Source: an uncultured bacterium (GTDB taxonomy: Bacteria; Margulisbacteria; WOR-1; CAVSGV01). Taken from it: DNA of 32,000 bases. The notes beneath the pieces were generated by a model. That model worked only from the letters and a program-made list of their open reading frames with translations, was not told the DNA's origin and did not search any database. Each line of letters starts with the position of its first letter. Positions within the stretch are counted from its first letter, which is position 1. A program made the position numbers and the translations under genes. This document shows, piece by piece, positions 9,012-16,575 of this stretch. The stretch spans positions 1,530,001 to 1,562,000 of the forward strand of contig OY969425.1 of NCBI GenBank assembly GCA_963699255.1. Reading direction: 5' to 3'.

Positions 9012-10697
9012 ATGTATTTTAAGTCAATTCTAATAAAAGGTTATAAAGGATTTTCCGACACGGGAGAAATTCCACTACAAGTGCCTGATGGTACAACCCC
9101 GGGTAGTGGGCTCAATATATTAGCAGGAGAAAACGGCAGCGGAAAAACATCTCTACTAAAAGCAATCAGCTTTTTAACAATTAACAGCTTCTCTGGACAA
9201 AGTAGGATTTCATATTCGGATTTCTTTAATGGCCAAGATATTATTAGTATTATTGGGATTTTGGATGCCACTGTACGATATAAAATGCCCTCACCATGGA
9301 AAAAGGTGCTTGATATTAAAAAGTTCCAAATAGAAATAAAAAAACGCGAAAGAAAAACCCCAGGGAAATATTTATCGCCCCCTTTAACAATATCAAATAT
9401 TCTTGAGCCATCTACACGAAAACCAGAATGGTATAAGGAGGGAGAGATAGGCGATTTTTATCTGGGATTTGATAATGAAAGGTTTGATGATGATGAATTA
9501 AATGTATTTTATTGGGATGAAGATAGAAATAGACAATTAAAAAAAGGATTTTCAACAACCCTTACGCGAATTATTGACGACTTGAATTGGAAATATATTA
9601 AAGGTGCTAACAAAAGGGAGATATATTCTAAATGGGTTGAATTCTCTTCAAAAATAGTAGAAGGGGATATTGTGAAAGATATAAAAACTCTAATGAAAGA
9701 TGTGTTTGGCAGGGAAGATTTATCCAGTCTTAATCTTGAATTATTTAATTTGCAAGAGCCATTTTCGCAAGCATTTTTTGCGCTTTGCAAGGGACAAGAC
9801 TTATTACAAGTGCCCTTGAGTGATTTAGGGTCCGGCGTTGATTTTTTATTTTCAATATTATTTTTAATGGAAATGGCGAAAAAATCAAAAGGAACGATCG
9901 TTTATTGTATTGATGAACCAGAACTGTCTTTGCACCCCCAATGGCAAAAAATCCTTTTTGAGATATTAAAAGATGAGTCAAAAAGAAATCAAATATTTAT
10001 TGCTACACATTCTCCTTATTTTATTGATTTTCAGGTATTGCGAGGATTAAAAAAGCTTGATTATAGGAAAAGTGTAATTTCTATTAACTGTTTAAAGCCC
10101 GGTCAATTGACAGATCCTAAGATGCATGGCCTCTTTAGCTTAGAAAACCGTGAAATTCTTTTTTCAAGAGCAACAATATTGGTAGAAGGATGGGAAGATA
10201 GGAATAGAATTCGGAAATTCCTGCAATCCAATAACAATGATATTTTTGTAATTGATGGTTTACAGAATCTCGAGAGGATAAAGAGGGTGTGCAATGACCT
10301 TGGTATAAACTTTAAGGCAATTGTTGATCTTGACTATTTAAGGAATTATGAGGATATGCTACCCAAATTGGATAGTGATGATATTGAAGCATTGGAAGAA
10401 CTAAAACATTTAAGTTTAATAAAAGAAAGTGCTGTGCGCGATGAAAAGTTGAGCAAAGAAATCTCAAAGGTTATGGAAAAACTTAAAGAGGACAAATTAA
10501 AATTCATGGGGTCAAAAATAACTCTTGCGATGTCAAAAGATGCTGAATATCGAAAAAAAGTTCAAAAAAAGATTGAAGAGCTAAAATCACAAAGTATTTA
10601 TGTTTTGCCTGGGGGTATGATAGAAGATTATTTAAGTCCGGATGGTAAACCTATATCTGAAAAACTAGGCAAAGAATTATTCTCGATAATTTTCTGA
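9012..10697 (+). CDS. OLD-like ABC-ATPase with C-terminal TOPRIM domain
   Basis: LAGENGSGKTSLLKAI (Walker A), LSDLGSGVDFLFSI (signature region), VYCIDEPELSLHPQWQ (Walker B), ATILVEGWEDR and FKAIVDLDYLRN (TOPRIM-like). Confidence 0.88.
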   Translation: MYFKSILIKGYKGFSDTGEIPLQVPDGTTPGSGLNILAGENGSGKTSLLKAISFLTINSFSGQSRISYSDFFNGQDIISIIGILDATVRYKMPSPWKKVLDIKKFQIEIKKRERKTPGKYLSPPLTISNILEPSTRKPEWYKEGEIGDFYLGFDNERFDDDELNVFYWDEDRNRQLKKGFSTTLTRIIDDLNWKYIKGANKREIYSKWVEFSSKIVEGDIVKDIKTLMKDVFGREDLSSLNLELFNLQEPFSQAFFALCKGQDLLQVPLSDLGSGVDFLFSILFLMEMAKKSKGTIVYCIDEPELSLHPQWQKILFEILKDESKRNQIFIATHSPYFIDFQVLRGLKKLDYRKSVISINCLKPGQLTDPKMHGLFSLENREILFSRATILVEGWEDRNRIRKFLQSNNNDIFVIDGLQNLERIKRVCNDLGINFKAIVDLDYLRNYEDMLPKLDSDDIEALEELKHLSLIKESAVRDEKLSKEISKVMEKLKEDKLKFMGSKITLAMSKDAEYRKKVQKKIEELKSQSIYVLPGGMIEDYLSPDGKPISEKLGKELFSIIF

Positions 10698-10739
10698 GAA
10701 GGGGTTAGGATTAGTAAAACAAAAGAGGATAATTGTTTC

Positions 10740-10785
10740 AATCCCTTGATATTACTTTCTACAAGATCGATGAAGGCTTGCGCCT
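10740..10785 (-). pseudogene. Short gene remnant matching the C-terminus of the 15053-15514 protein
   Basis: Minus strand GCGCAAGCCTTCATCGATCTTGTAGAAAGTAATATCAAG = AQAFIDLVESNIK vs AQAFIDLVESHIK in the 15053-15514 ORF. Confidence 0.6.
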
Positions 10786-10862
10786 GTTTCTACCAAGAAG
10801 GGTAGGGCTTATTCCACAATCCTTATCGTCCAAAAATCATAGCAAAGTAGAGACTAGAAATT

Positions 10863-10918
10863 GGAGAGCAGAGACTGGAGAGCAGAGACTGGAGAGCAGA
10901 GACTGGAGAGCAGAGACC
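10863..10918 (+). repeat. Tandem 14-bp repeat ggagagcagagact, 4 copies
   Basis: Directly visible: ggagagcagagact x4 (last ends in c). Confidence 0.95.
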
Positions 10919-10995
10919 AGGGGCCAGTGGCTGTAGAATATTTACTATTATCCTTTCTTTCGCAAGAGTATAATCCGACGTTGAGGTGAGGGCAA

Positions 10996-11445
10996 ATGAA
11001 TGAAAAAGAATTTGTGGACCAATGCTTCTCCAACAAACTGCACGGCGTTCCCGACACTATAAGCTCTTTAACGAAAGTTGTTGATGATATTACCTATATG
11101 CTTACTACTCCGGGCCTGATAAATATAACCAGAGAAGATATAAAGGAGATCGCTGATTCAAGTAAACATCTACTGGGCATCTCTGCGGAAGCAAAAGGGA
11201 GATATCGCGCGGAAACGGTGGGGCATGAGCTGGTCTCTCATTACTCAAGCGCTTTCAGCACTAAAGCAGATAGCGCTATTTTCAATGTGACCGGCAGCTC
11301 GGACCTTACATTGTACGAGGTCAACGAAATAGCCGAACAGATCTATCGCGTGGTCCATCCCAGAGCCAATTTTGTTTTTAGCGCAATAATCGACGAGAGT
11401 AAGAAGGATTATCTGAAAACGACAGTGATATTAGGGAATAATTAG
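10996..11445 (+). CDS. Standalone FtsZ C-terminal-domain-like protein lacking the GTPase domain
   Basis: TTPGLINITREDIKEIADSSKHLLGI and AIFNVTGSSDLTLYEVNEIAEQIYRVVHPRANFVFSAIIDESKKDYLKTTVILGNN align with FtsZ TPGLINLDFADVK..., GVLMNITGGTNLSLYEVQEAADIV...NMIFGSVINENLKDEIVVTVIATG; gaggtgagggcaaATG. Confidence 0.85.
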   Translation: MNEKEFVDQCFSNKLHGVPDTISSLTKVVDDITYMLTTPGLINITREDIKEIADSSKHLLGISAEAKGRYRAETVGHELVSHYSSAFSTKADSAIFNVTGSSDLTLYEVNEIAEQIYRVVHPRANFVFSAIIDESKKDYLKTTVILGNN

Positions 11446-11620
11446 AGCAAAGGGAAGGAAGAAGGCAGAAGTAAGAAGTAAGAAGGCTGAAGGATGAAAG
11501 AAGAAGTAAAAAGAAGCGGGTAGCAGAAGAAGAGAAAAAAGGAGAAGGCGGAAGGGAAAAGGCAGAAGGAAGAAGTAAGAAAGAAGAAATAAGAAGGACG
11601 AAGTAAGAAGGCAGAAGGGG
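11446..11620 (+). repeat. Low-complexity purine-rich sequence (degenerate gaaggcagaagtaagaag units)
   Basis: Visible aagaag/gaaggcagaag reiteration. Confidence 0.85.
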
Positions 11621-11623
11621 AAA

Positions 11624-11986
11624 TCATATAAGATGACTGGAAGGATTTGATTTGGCGGTCTTAAGAGAGGCGACGATTATCGAAGTTATCTCGTTTGCCT
11701 CATCCAGCAAGGGCCGGACCTTTTCAGCAGGGATAAGACAACTTTCAATTATTAACTCAAGCCAATAGATCGTCTCATCCGCCTCTTCCAAAACTATCCC
11801 AAGCTTTGCGATGAACTCGACTTTTGACCTCGCCCTTAAACAGGCCCTGTAATTAGCTCCAATTGATGTGGCCGACCTTATTATCTGTTTAGCAATGACA
11901 AAAGAGGTGGTGTTTTTTGGCAGATCATTGGTGAACTTGATTATCTTTAGCGCAAACCTCTTTGTCCGGTCTTTTATCGTCTCCAT
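11624..11986 (-). CDS. Four-helix bundle protein (23S rRNA intervening-sequence-type family)
   Basis: LPKNTTSFVIAKQIIRSATSIGANYRACLRARSKVEFIAKLGIVLEEADETIYWLELI is the hallmark of this family. Confidence 0.92.
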   Translation of the reverse strand: METIKDRTKRFALKIIKFTNDLPKNTTSFVIAKQIIRSATSIGANYRACLRARSKVEFIAKLGIVLEEADETIYWLELIIESCLIPAEKVRPLLDEANEITSIIVASLKTAKSNPSSHLI

Positions 11987-12016
11987 GATCTCTTCTCCCT
12001 CATTCTCATTTCATAT

Positions 12017-12097
12017 TTCTAACTTCTAACTTCTAACTTCTAACTTCTAACTTCTAACTTCTAACTTCTAACTTCTAACTTCTAACTTCTAACTTCT
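12017..12097. repeat. Heptanucleotide tandem repeat (TTCTAAC) ~11 copies
   Basis: Uninterrupted ttctaac units between the four-helix bundle gene and the ORF6N gene. Confidence 0.97.
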
Positions 12098-12103
12098 TAT
12101 TTC

Positions 12104-12646
12104 TTACTTTATAAACCCGATCTTGCTTGGCTTTCCTGTTTTCTCAATGGTCAACTTTCGAATATCTCGTACGAGCTCGCGAATGTCGCTATCATGCTTC
12201 AAAACTCGCTTTTCCAGCTGCTCGAACTTTACGGACAATTCCTTGCTGTTCGCCATTATTTGGCGAAGCCGTGAAAATGTCCTCATTATCAGTATGTTTA
12301 CATCTATTGCTCTTTGGCTGTTTAGGACAGATGACAGCATGAGGATCCCGTGTTCCGTAAAGGCATAGGGAAGATAGCGCCTGCCGCCATATTTTAAGGC
12401 CACAAATTGTGACCTTGAACTTGAGGTTGCAAAATGCAACCTCAAGTTTTCCGCTTCATCCCTGGTTAATTGGAACATAAAATCTTCAGGGAACCTTTTT
12501 ATGTTTCTCCTAATCTGTTGATTTAGATACTTTGTTAATACTCCATAGAGGCCTGCTAAATCCATATCCAGCATCACTTTTTGCCCGCGGATGACATATA
12601 TCTTATTTTCGATCAATTCGATCGGAACTATTTCCATTTCATTCAT
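12104..12646 (-). CDS. ORF6N domain protein
   Basis: MNEMEIVPIELIENKIYVIRGQKVMLDMDLAGLYGVLTKYLNQQIRRNIKRFPEDFMFQL...YLPYAFTEHGILMLSSVL; start at 12646 rather than 12685 given the aaaggagc upstream. Confidence 0.92.
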   Translation of the reverse strand: MNEMEIVPIELIENKIYVIRGQKVMLDMDLAGLYGVLTKYLNQQIRRNIKRFPEDFMFQLTRDEAENLRLHFATSSSRSQFVALKYGGRRYLPYAFTEHGILMLSSVLNSQRAIDVNILIMRTFSRLRQIMANSKELSVKFEQLEKRVLKHDSDIRELVRDIRKLTIEKTGKPSKIGFIK

Positions 12647-12761
12647 GATAATTGCTCCTTTTACGATAGTATCAGCAATTAACATGCCAGGAAAGTGAAC
12701 TCAAGTATTTATATTTGTTGTTGGGGGATTCGACAGTTGTAGAGGATTAAGGCAGAGGAGG

Positions 12762-12860
12762 AGACCAGAGATCAGAGACCTGAGACCTGAGACAAGAGAC
12801 CAGAGACTAGAGACCTGAGACCCGAAATCTGATCTCCGGTCTCCAGTCTCTAATCTCATT
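12762..12860. repeat. Degenerate gagaccagagac/tctccggtctcc repeat, partly self-complementary
   Basis: gaccagagatcagagacctgagacctgagac...gatctccggtctccagtctctaatctcatt. Confidence 0.8.
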
Positions 12861-13626
12861 CCACGATCCTAATCGTCCAGAAGTCATCAGCCAAATTCTC
12901 GTTCTCAAGGTATTCATATGGCAAAGTAAAATATCCCTTCATTCCCCAGCCGGGGCCCCAGGAATTCCGAACAATAAAAAACCGATTTTCATCGTCATAT
13001 CCGACAGCCATTACCGCATGCCCGCCTTCCATCCTTTCATCCGGCCCGGGCATACTTGCGTGCCCGGTCTTTGCCACGGCCTGGGTCATGAAACTCTCAT
13101 ACACGGAAAATCCGAACACGAACGGGTATCCCGACGCAATACAGCCTTTCATCTGGTTGGCGAGCCGGCTTACACGCTGGTATAAAACAACCTTGTGCTT
13201 CACGGCATTCTGATAGCACGATTCCGAAGGCTTCTGGGCGAATTTCGCGATATCATACTGCCATAACTTCTCGGGACAATCACCCTGCTTCCCCACACTC
13301 TTGATCCCATCCCTGATCTGCGCGCCGCTGTCGGAGCTGACGGAGTGCTCCATCACGCGCTCGTTATAGTAAATGAACAGGCGGGAAGGCATGAAGTATT
13401 TTTCCTTCTGCTTTATCTGCTCGAATTCCATCGCCGCAGCTATGGCGTTCGCCGTGCAGCTGCCCAGCTGGCCCTGATCGTATATATCAGGACATTGGGA
13501 GCGCAGATCGACTTTCGCCGGAAGCTTCGCGATCCATTCCAGAGGCGCAGCATACGAGTGATCCCGGCTGTCCGGGACATCCGGCAGCCAGCCGAAGGAT
13601 CTTATTAGTTTAGCTTCAGCGCTCAT
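12856..13626 (-). CDS. Papain-family (C1A) cysteine peptidase, no obvious signal peptide
   Basis: YDQGQLGSCTANAIAAAMEF (catalytic Cys), GHAVMAVGYDD (His), FFIVRNSWGPGWGMKGYFTLPYEYL (Asn). Confidence 0.92.
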   Translation of the reverse strand: MSAEAKLIRSFGWLPDVPDSRDHSYAAPLEWIAKLPAKVDLRSQCPDIYDQGQLGSCTANAIAAAMEFEQIKQKEKYFMPSRLFIYYNERVMEHSVSSDSGAQIRDGIKSVGKQGDCPEKLWQYDIAKFAQKPSESCYQNAVKHKVVLYQRVSRLANQMKGCIASGYPFVFGFSVYESFMTQAVAKTGHASMPGPDERMEGGHAVMAVGYDDENRFFIVRNSWGPGWGMKGYFTLPYEYLENENLADDFWTIRIVE

Positions 13627-13682
13627 GTTTTTTCGGGGATATTATAAGCCTTTCTTGGGGAAGGAGACAAGGTCATTTGGAA

Positions 13683-13785
13683 AATTAGGTGAGGGTTAGG
13701 AAGCCGGTATAGAAGTTAGGATTGGAAGTGCGTGGCCTAACATCTTAACCTAACCACCATACCGGTATCTTTACCTTCACCTAAC
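13683..13785. repeat. Imperfect palindromic intergenic repeat (copy 2), same family as 3820-4004
   Basis: attaggtgagggttaggaagccggtatagaagttaggattggaagtgcgtggcctaac matches the reverse complement of 3937-3994 with few mismatches. Confidence 0.85.
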
Positions 13786-13806
13786 AACCATTTTCAGAAT
13801 TGAACT

Positions 13807-13823
13807 GGTCACAATTTGTGACC
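13807..13823. repeat. Palindrome GGTCACAATTTGTGACC
   Basis: Directly read; outside an intact ORF. Confidence 0.9.
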
Positions 13824-13950
13824 GGTTGTCGAAATAGGCGACTATTGTCAGAAAACGCTACAAATACACATCAAATTTGGCTCAATTTACGTATGGTATA
13901 TTGGCAAAATAATTGCTGCTATTATCCTTAAGAGGATCCTTTTGGAAAGA

Positions 13951-13973
13951 GGTGGTGCCAATTTGGCACCACC
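13951..13973. repeat. Palindrome GGTGGTGCCAATTTGGCACCACC
   Basis: Directly read; 23 bp, perfect arms. Confidence 0.95.
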
Positions 13974-13987
13974 TATCGGAGGCAAAT

Positions 13988-14516
13988 ATGTCAGATGCAC
14001 TCGTTACTCAAGAAACAATTGAAAGCAGAATACTCGTCATAAGAGGCCATAAGGTGATGATTGATAGAGATTTGGCGGAATTGTATGGAGTTTCGACTAA
14101 GAGATTGAATGAACAGGTAAAAAGGAACATTGAAAGATTCCCAGCAAACTTCATGTTTCAACTGTCAGAACAGGAAAAATTAGAGGTGGTCGCAATTTGC
14201 GACCACCTATCTGATCTCAGATTTTCACATCAATTACCCTATGCTTTTACCGAGCATGGGGTAGCCATGCTATCCAGCGTCTTAAATAGCGATAGGGCTG
14301 TCAAAATGAGCATATTTATCATCAATACTTTTATCCGCCTAAGACAGATACCTGTATAGCCATAAAGAATTATCAGAAAAACTGGATAAGGTCGAAGAAA
14401 GAGTGCTGCTTCATGATAAAGCGATAATTGCGATCGATCATGCGATATCAGAACTGTCCGCGCCTAAACCGGGCAAAGAAAAGAAAATAGGGTTTATTAA
14501 AGAGGGAGGAGAATAG
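13988..14516 (+). pseudogene. Second ORF6N domain gene, frameshifted
   Basis: MSDALVTQETIESRILVIRGHKVMIDRDLAELYGVSTKRLNEQVKRNIERFPANFMFQL...LPYAFTEHGVAMLSSVL...FIRLRQ then a different frame from ~14350 reads YLYSHKELSEKLDKVEERVLLHDKAIIAIDHAISEL...KKIGFIKEGGE*. Confidence 0.85.
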
Positions 14517-14579
14517 AGACCTGAGATCAGAGAGTAAGAGATATTTAGTCTCTGGTCTCCGATCTCTAATCTCATTGGA
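14516..14579. repeat. gagacctgagatc/gtctctggtctcc degenerate repeat, same type as 12762-12860
   Basis: agagacctgagatcagagagtaagagatatttagtctctggtctccgatctctaatctcatt. Confidence 0.75.
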
Positions 14580-14590
14580 ATAACGGAGGT

Positions 14591-15007
14591 TTATCTGGGT
14601 TTTATGGCCAGCCGAATATTCGGGATATCACTTAGAAAATGCGTGACCACGGCGATCGATATGGGCAGAAGATACGCGGGCCAGAAACGATAAGCCAAAA
14701 ACGGCAAAGCCAGGAATATAGCTATGTGACTTATCATGGCTAATTTTATTACTCCGGTATCGGTCAGCGTTTGCATGAACAGCTTGAACTCGGTGAATAT
14801 TCTTATAGGGTTATAGAATCTGCGGAATGAGGGGATGGAGACGCCCTTTATAGCGACCCAAAATACAACATCAATGTCTATTGCCGCTGAAACCGCGCCT
14901 GCGATCAACGCGCAGCTTGCTATTGCCGGATAGTTTTGCGGATATGCGACCGCAGCGACCGGGACCGCCGCAAGCGCGGATATCATAAAATGATCCTGAG
15001 GCAACAT
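14591..15007 (-). CDS. Small integral membrane protein, unknown function
   Basis: Several hydrophobic segments; conserved-looking ISHIAIF and VVTHFLSDIPN histidines. Confidence 0.65.
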   Translation of the reverse strand: MLPQDHFMISALAAVPVAAVAYPQNYPAIASCALIAGAVSAAIDIDVVFWVAIKGVSIPSFRRFYNPIRIFTEFKLFMQTLTDTGVIKLAMISHIAIFLALPFLAYRFWPAYLLPISIAVVTHFLSDIPNIRLAIKPR

Positions 15008-15052
15008 GGGTTTATTCTAACAAATTATGTCTATTGTGAAAAGTTGTAAGAG

Positions 15053-15514
15053 CTAACTCTTAATTTCCTTGATATGGCTTTCGACAAGGTCGATGAAGGC
15101 CTGAGCCTGTTCGGGGGTAAGGTTGCTTTCAAGAAGATCGGCCAGCGCTTCCCAGGCTTCCGCTTCTTCCATCAGCTCTTTGTTGCTCTTTATCTCATCA
15201 AGCACCGCGTCTATCTCTTTCTGCATCCTCTTGTTAACTTCTTCCATCGCGGCCTCGGGATTCGTCATTCCCGTTTCCTCTATGGCGCGCTCGATTATGT
15301 CTCCCATCGAAAGCTCTCTCTCTTTCGCTTCCATCGCCAGAGCCGCGAAACGGACAGCCATCGCGTGGGAATCAAGGGCCTGTAATCCTTTTTCGCCGCC
15401 TTTGGTCGGCGTGGGCAGGGCAGGGCGCGTGGTTTCTGTCCTTTCCTCTTTCTTCGGAGGGACCGGCGGTACTGCCGGAGGGGTAATGCCTGAAGGCGGT
15501 ATATTGATTCCCAT
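15053..15514 (-). CDS. Hypothetical protein
   Basis: Intact ORF; Pro-rich N-terminus and helical C-terminus; a related C-terminal fragment exists at ~10740. Confidence 0.65.
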   Translation of the reverse strand: MGINIPPSGITPPAVPPVPPKKEERTETTRPALPTPTKGGEKGLQALDSHAMAVRFAALAMEAKERELSMGDIIERAIEETGMTNPEAAMEEVNKRMQKEIDAVLDEIKSNKELMEEAEAWEALADLLESNLTPEQAQAFIDLVESHIKEIKS

Positions 15515-15599
15515 GGTTTTACCTCGGGGAGATTATATATAAATATGTTGCCGAAGGCAACACCTTAATTGGTCATTGTGTAATTGTTAATTGTTAATT

Positions 15600-15803
15600 T
15601 TAAAGGTCGCCTTTTATGACGGTTTTTACTAGCAGCTTGGAGAGGTTCGCTATTGCCGAATCCGGGAGTTTTTTCCCGATGTCATCGTCCTTCAGGATCT
15701 GTTTTGTCGCATCCAGAAGGTCCTGCATCGTGTATGTCTTTTTCCCGCCTTCGCCCTGGTTTTGGCCGCGTGACGCGGGGGCCTGTTGATATGATTTGCT
15801 CAT
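15600..15803 (-). CDS. Small hypothetical protein overlapping the smpB start
   Basis: ORF of 67 aa, overlaps the smpB stop codon region by 4 nt on the same strand. Confidence 0.55.
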   Translation of the reverse strand: MSKSYQQAPASRGQNQGEGGKKTYTMQDLLDATKQILKDDDIGKKLPDSAIANLSKLLVKTVIKGDL

Positions 15804-16267
15804 TTTTTCTTCTGCCTGTCCGCGAAAGCTCTCTCTACCTCCCGCGCCGCTTCTTTTTTCTTGATCTTTTCCCTCTTCTCATACTCTTTCTTGGATTTCG
15901 CGAGCGCAAGGTCGACTTTCACCCAGTTATCCATCAAGTATAGCTTAAGGGGAATTAAAGTTAAACCTTTTTCTTGAACGCGCCCGATCAGCTTCTTCAT
16001 CTCGCCCTTGTTCAGCAGGAGCTTGCGCTCCCTTATCGGGTTCAGGTTGTAACGCCCTCCCTGCTCATAGGGGCTTATGTGCATGTTGTAAAGCCAGATC
16101 TCGCCGTTCTCCACCCGGCCGAAACTGTCCTTGAGGTTCGCTTTTCCCAGCCGTATCGATTTAACTTCCGTGCCCTTAAGGGCTATTCCCGCCTGGAATG
16201 TTTCCAGTACCGTGTAGTCGAAGAACGCTTTGCGGTTTTCTGCCAGGACCTTTTTATAGCGCGGCAT
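15800..16267 (-). CDS. smpB: SsrA-binding protein SmpB
   Basis: [71 protein letters not shown]. Confidence 0.96.
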   Translation of the reverse strand: MPRYKKVLAENRKAFFDYTVLETFQAGIALKGTEVKSIRLGKANLKDSFGRVENGEIWLYNMHISPYEQGGRYNLNPIRERKLLLNKGEMKKLIGRVQEKGLTLIPLKLYLMDNWVKVDLALAKSKKEYEKREKIKKKEAAREVERAFADRQKKK

Positions 16268-16575
16268 AGTTGATGAAATATATCACACAAGGAAAGGCAG
16301 TTCAATTGAGGGAGGTTGAGGGTAGGGGCCAATACAAACACATAACACAAAAGGCATTTCATTCTTACTTTCTTTTGCTTGACCAAAATAAAGTAACAAA
16401 GAAAACTCAAGCGTTTCTAACGAGCTAATTGCTTCGTCCTATAATATTCGCAGCCCTAGAAACGCGTTTTGGTCTTGCTGATAAGCCTCATTATTAAAAC
16501 CTTTAAAGATAAATACATATTGGAGAGTAGCAAAGCGTTGTCCGCCTTAGGCGGGCAAATGTCGACCAGAAACAA

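Noticed and set aside
8815-9033. 72-aa ORF before the OLD-like gene
   Set aside because: No RBS or recognisable domain and it overlaps the OLD-like start; not supported as a gene.
9012-10697. Gabija (GajA) assignment
   Set aside because: No GajB-type UvrD helicase gene adjacent; only the ATPase/TOPRIM protein is present.
12017-12097. Possible CRISPR array
   Set aside because: Contiguous 7-bp tandem repeat with no spacers.
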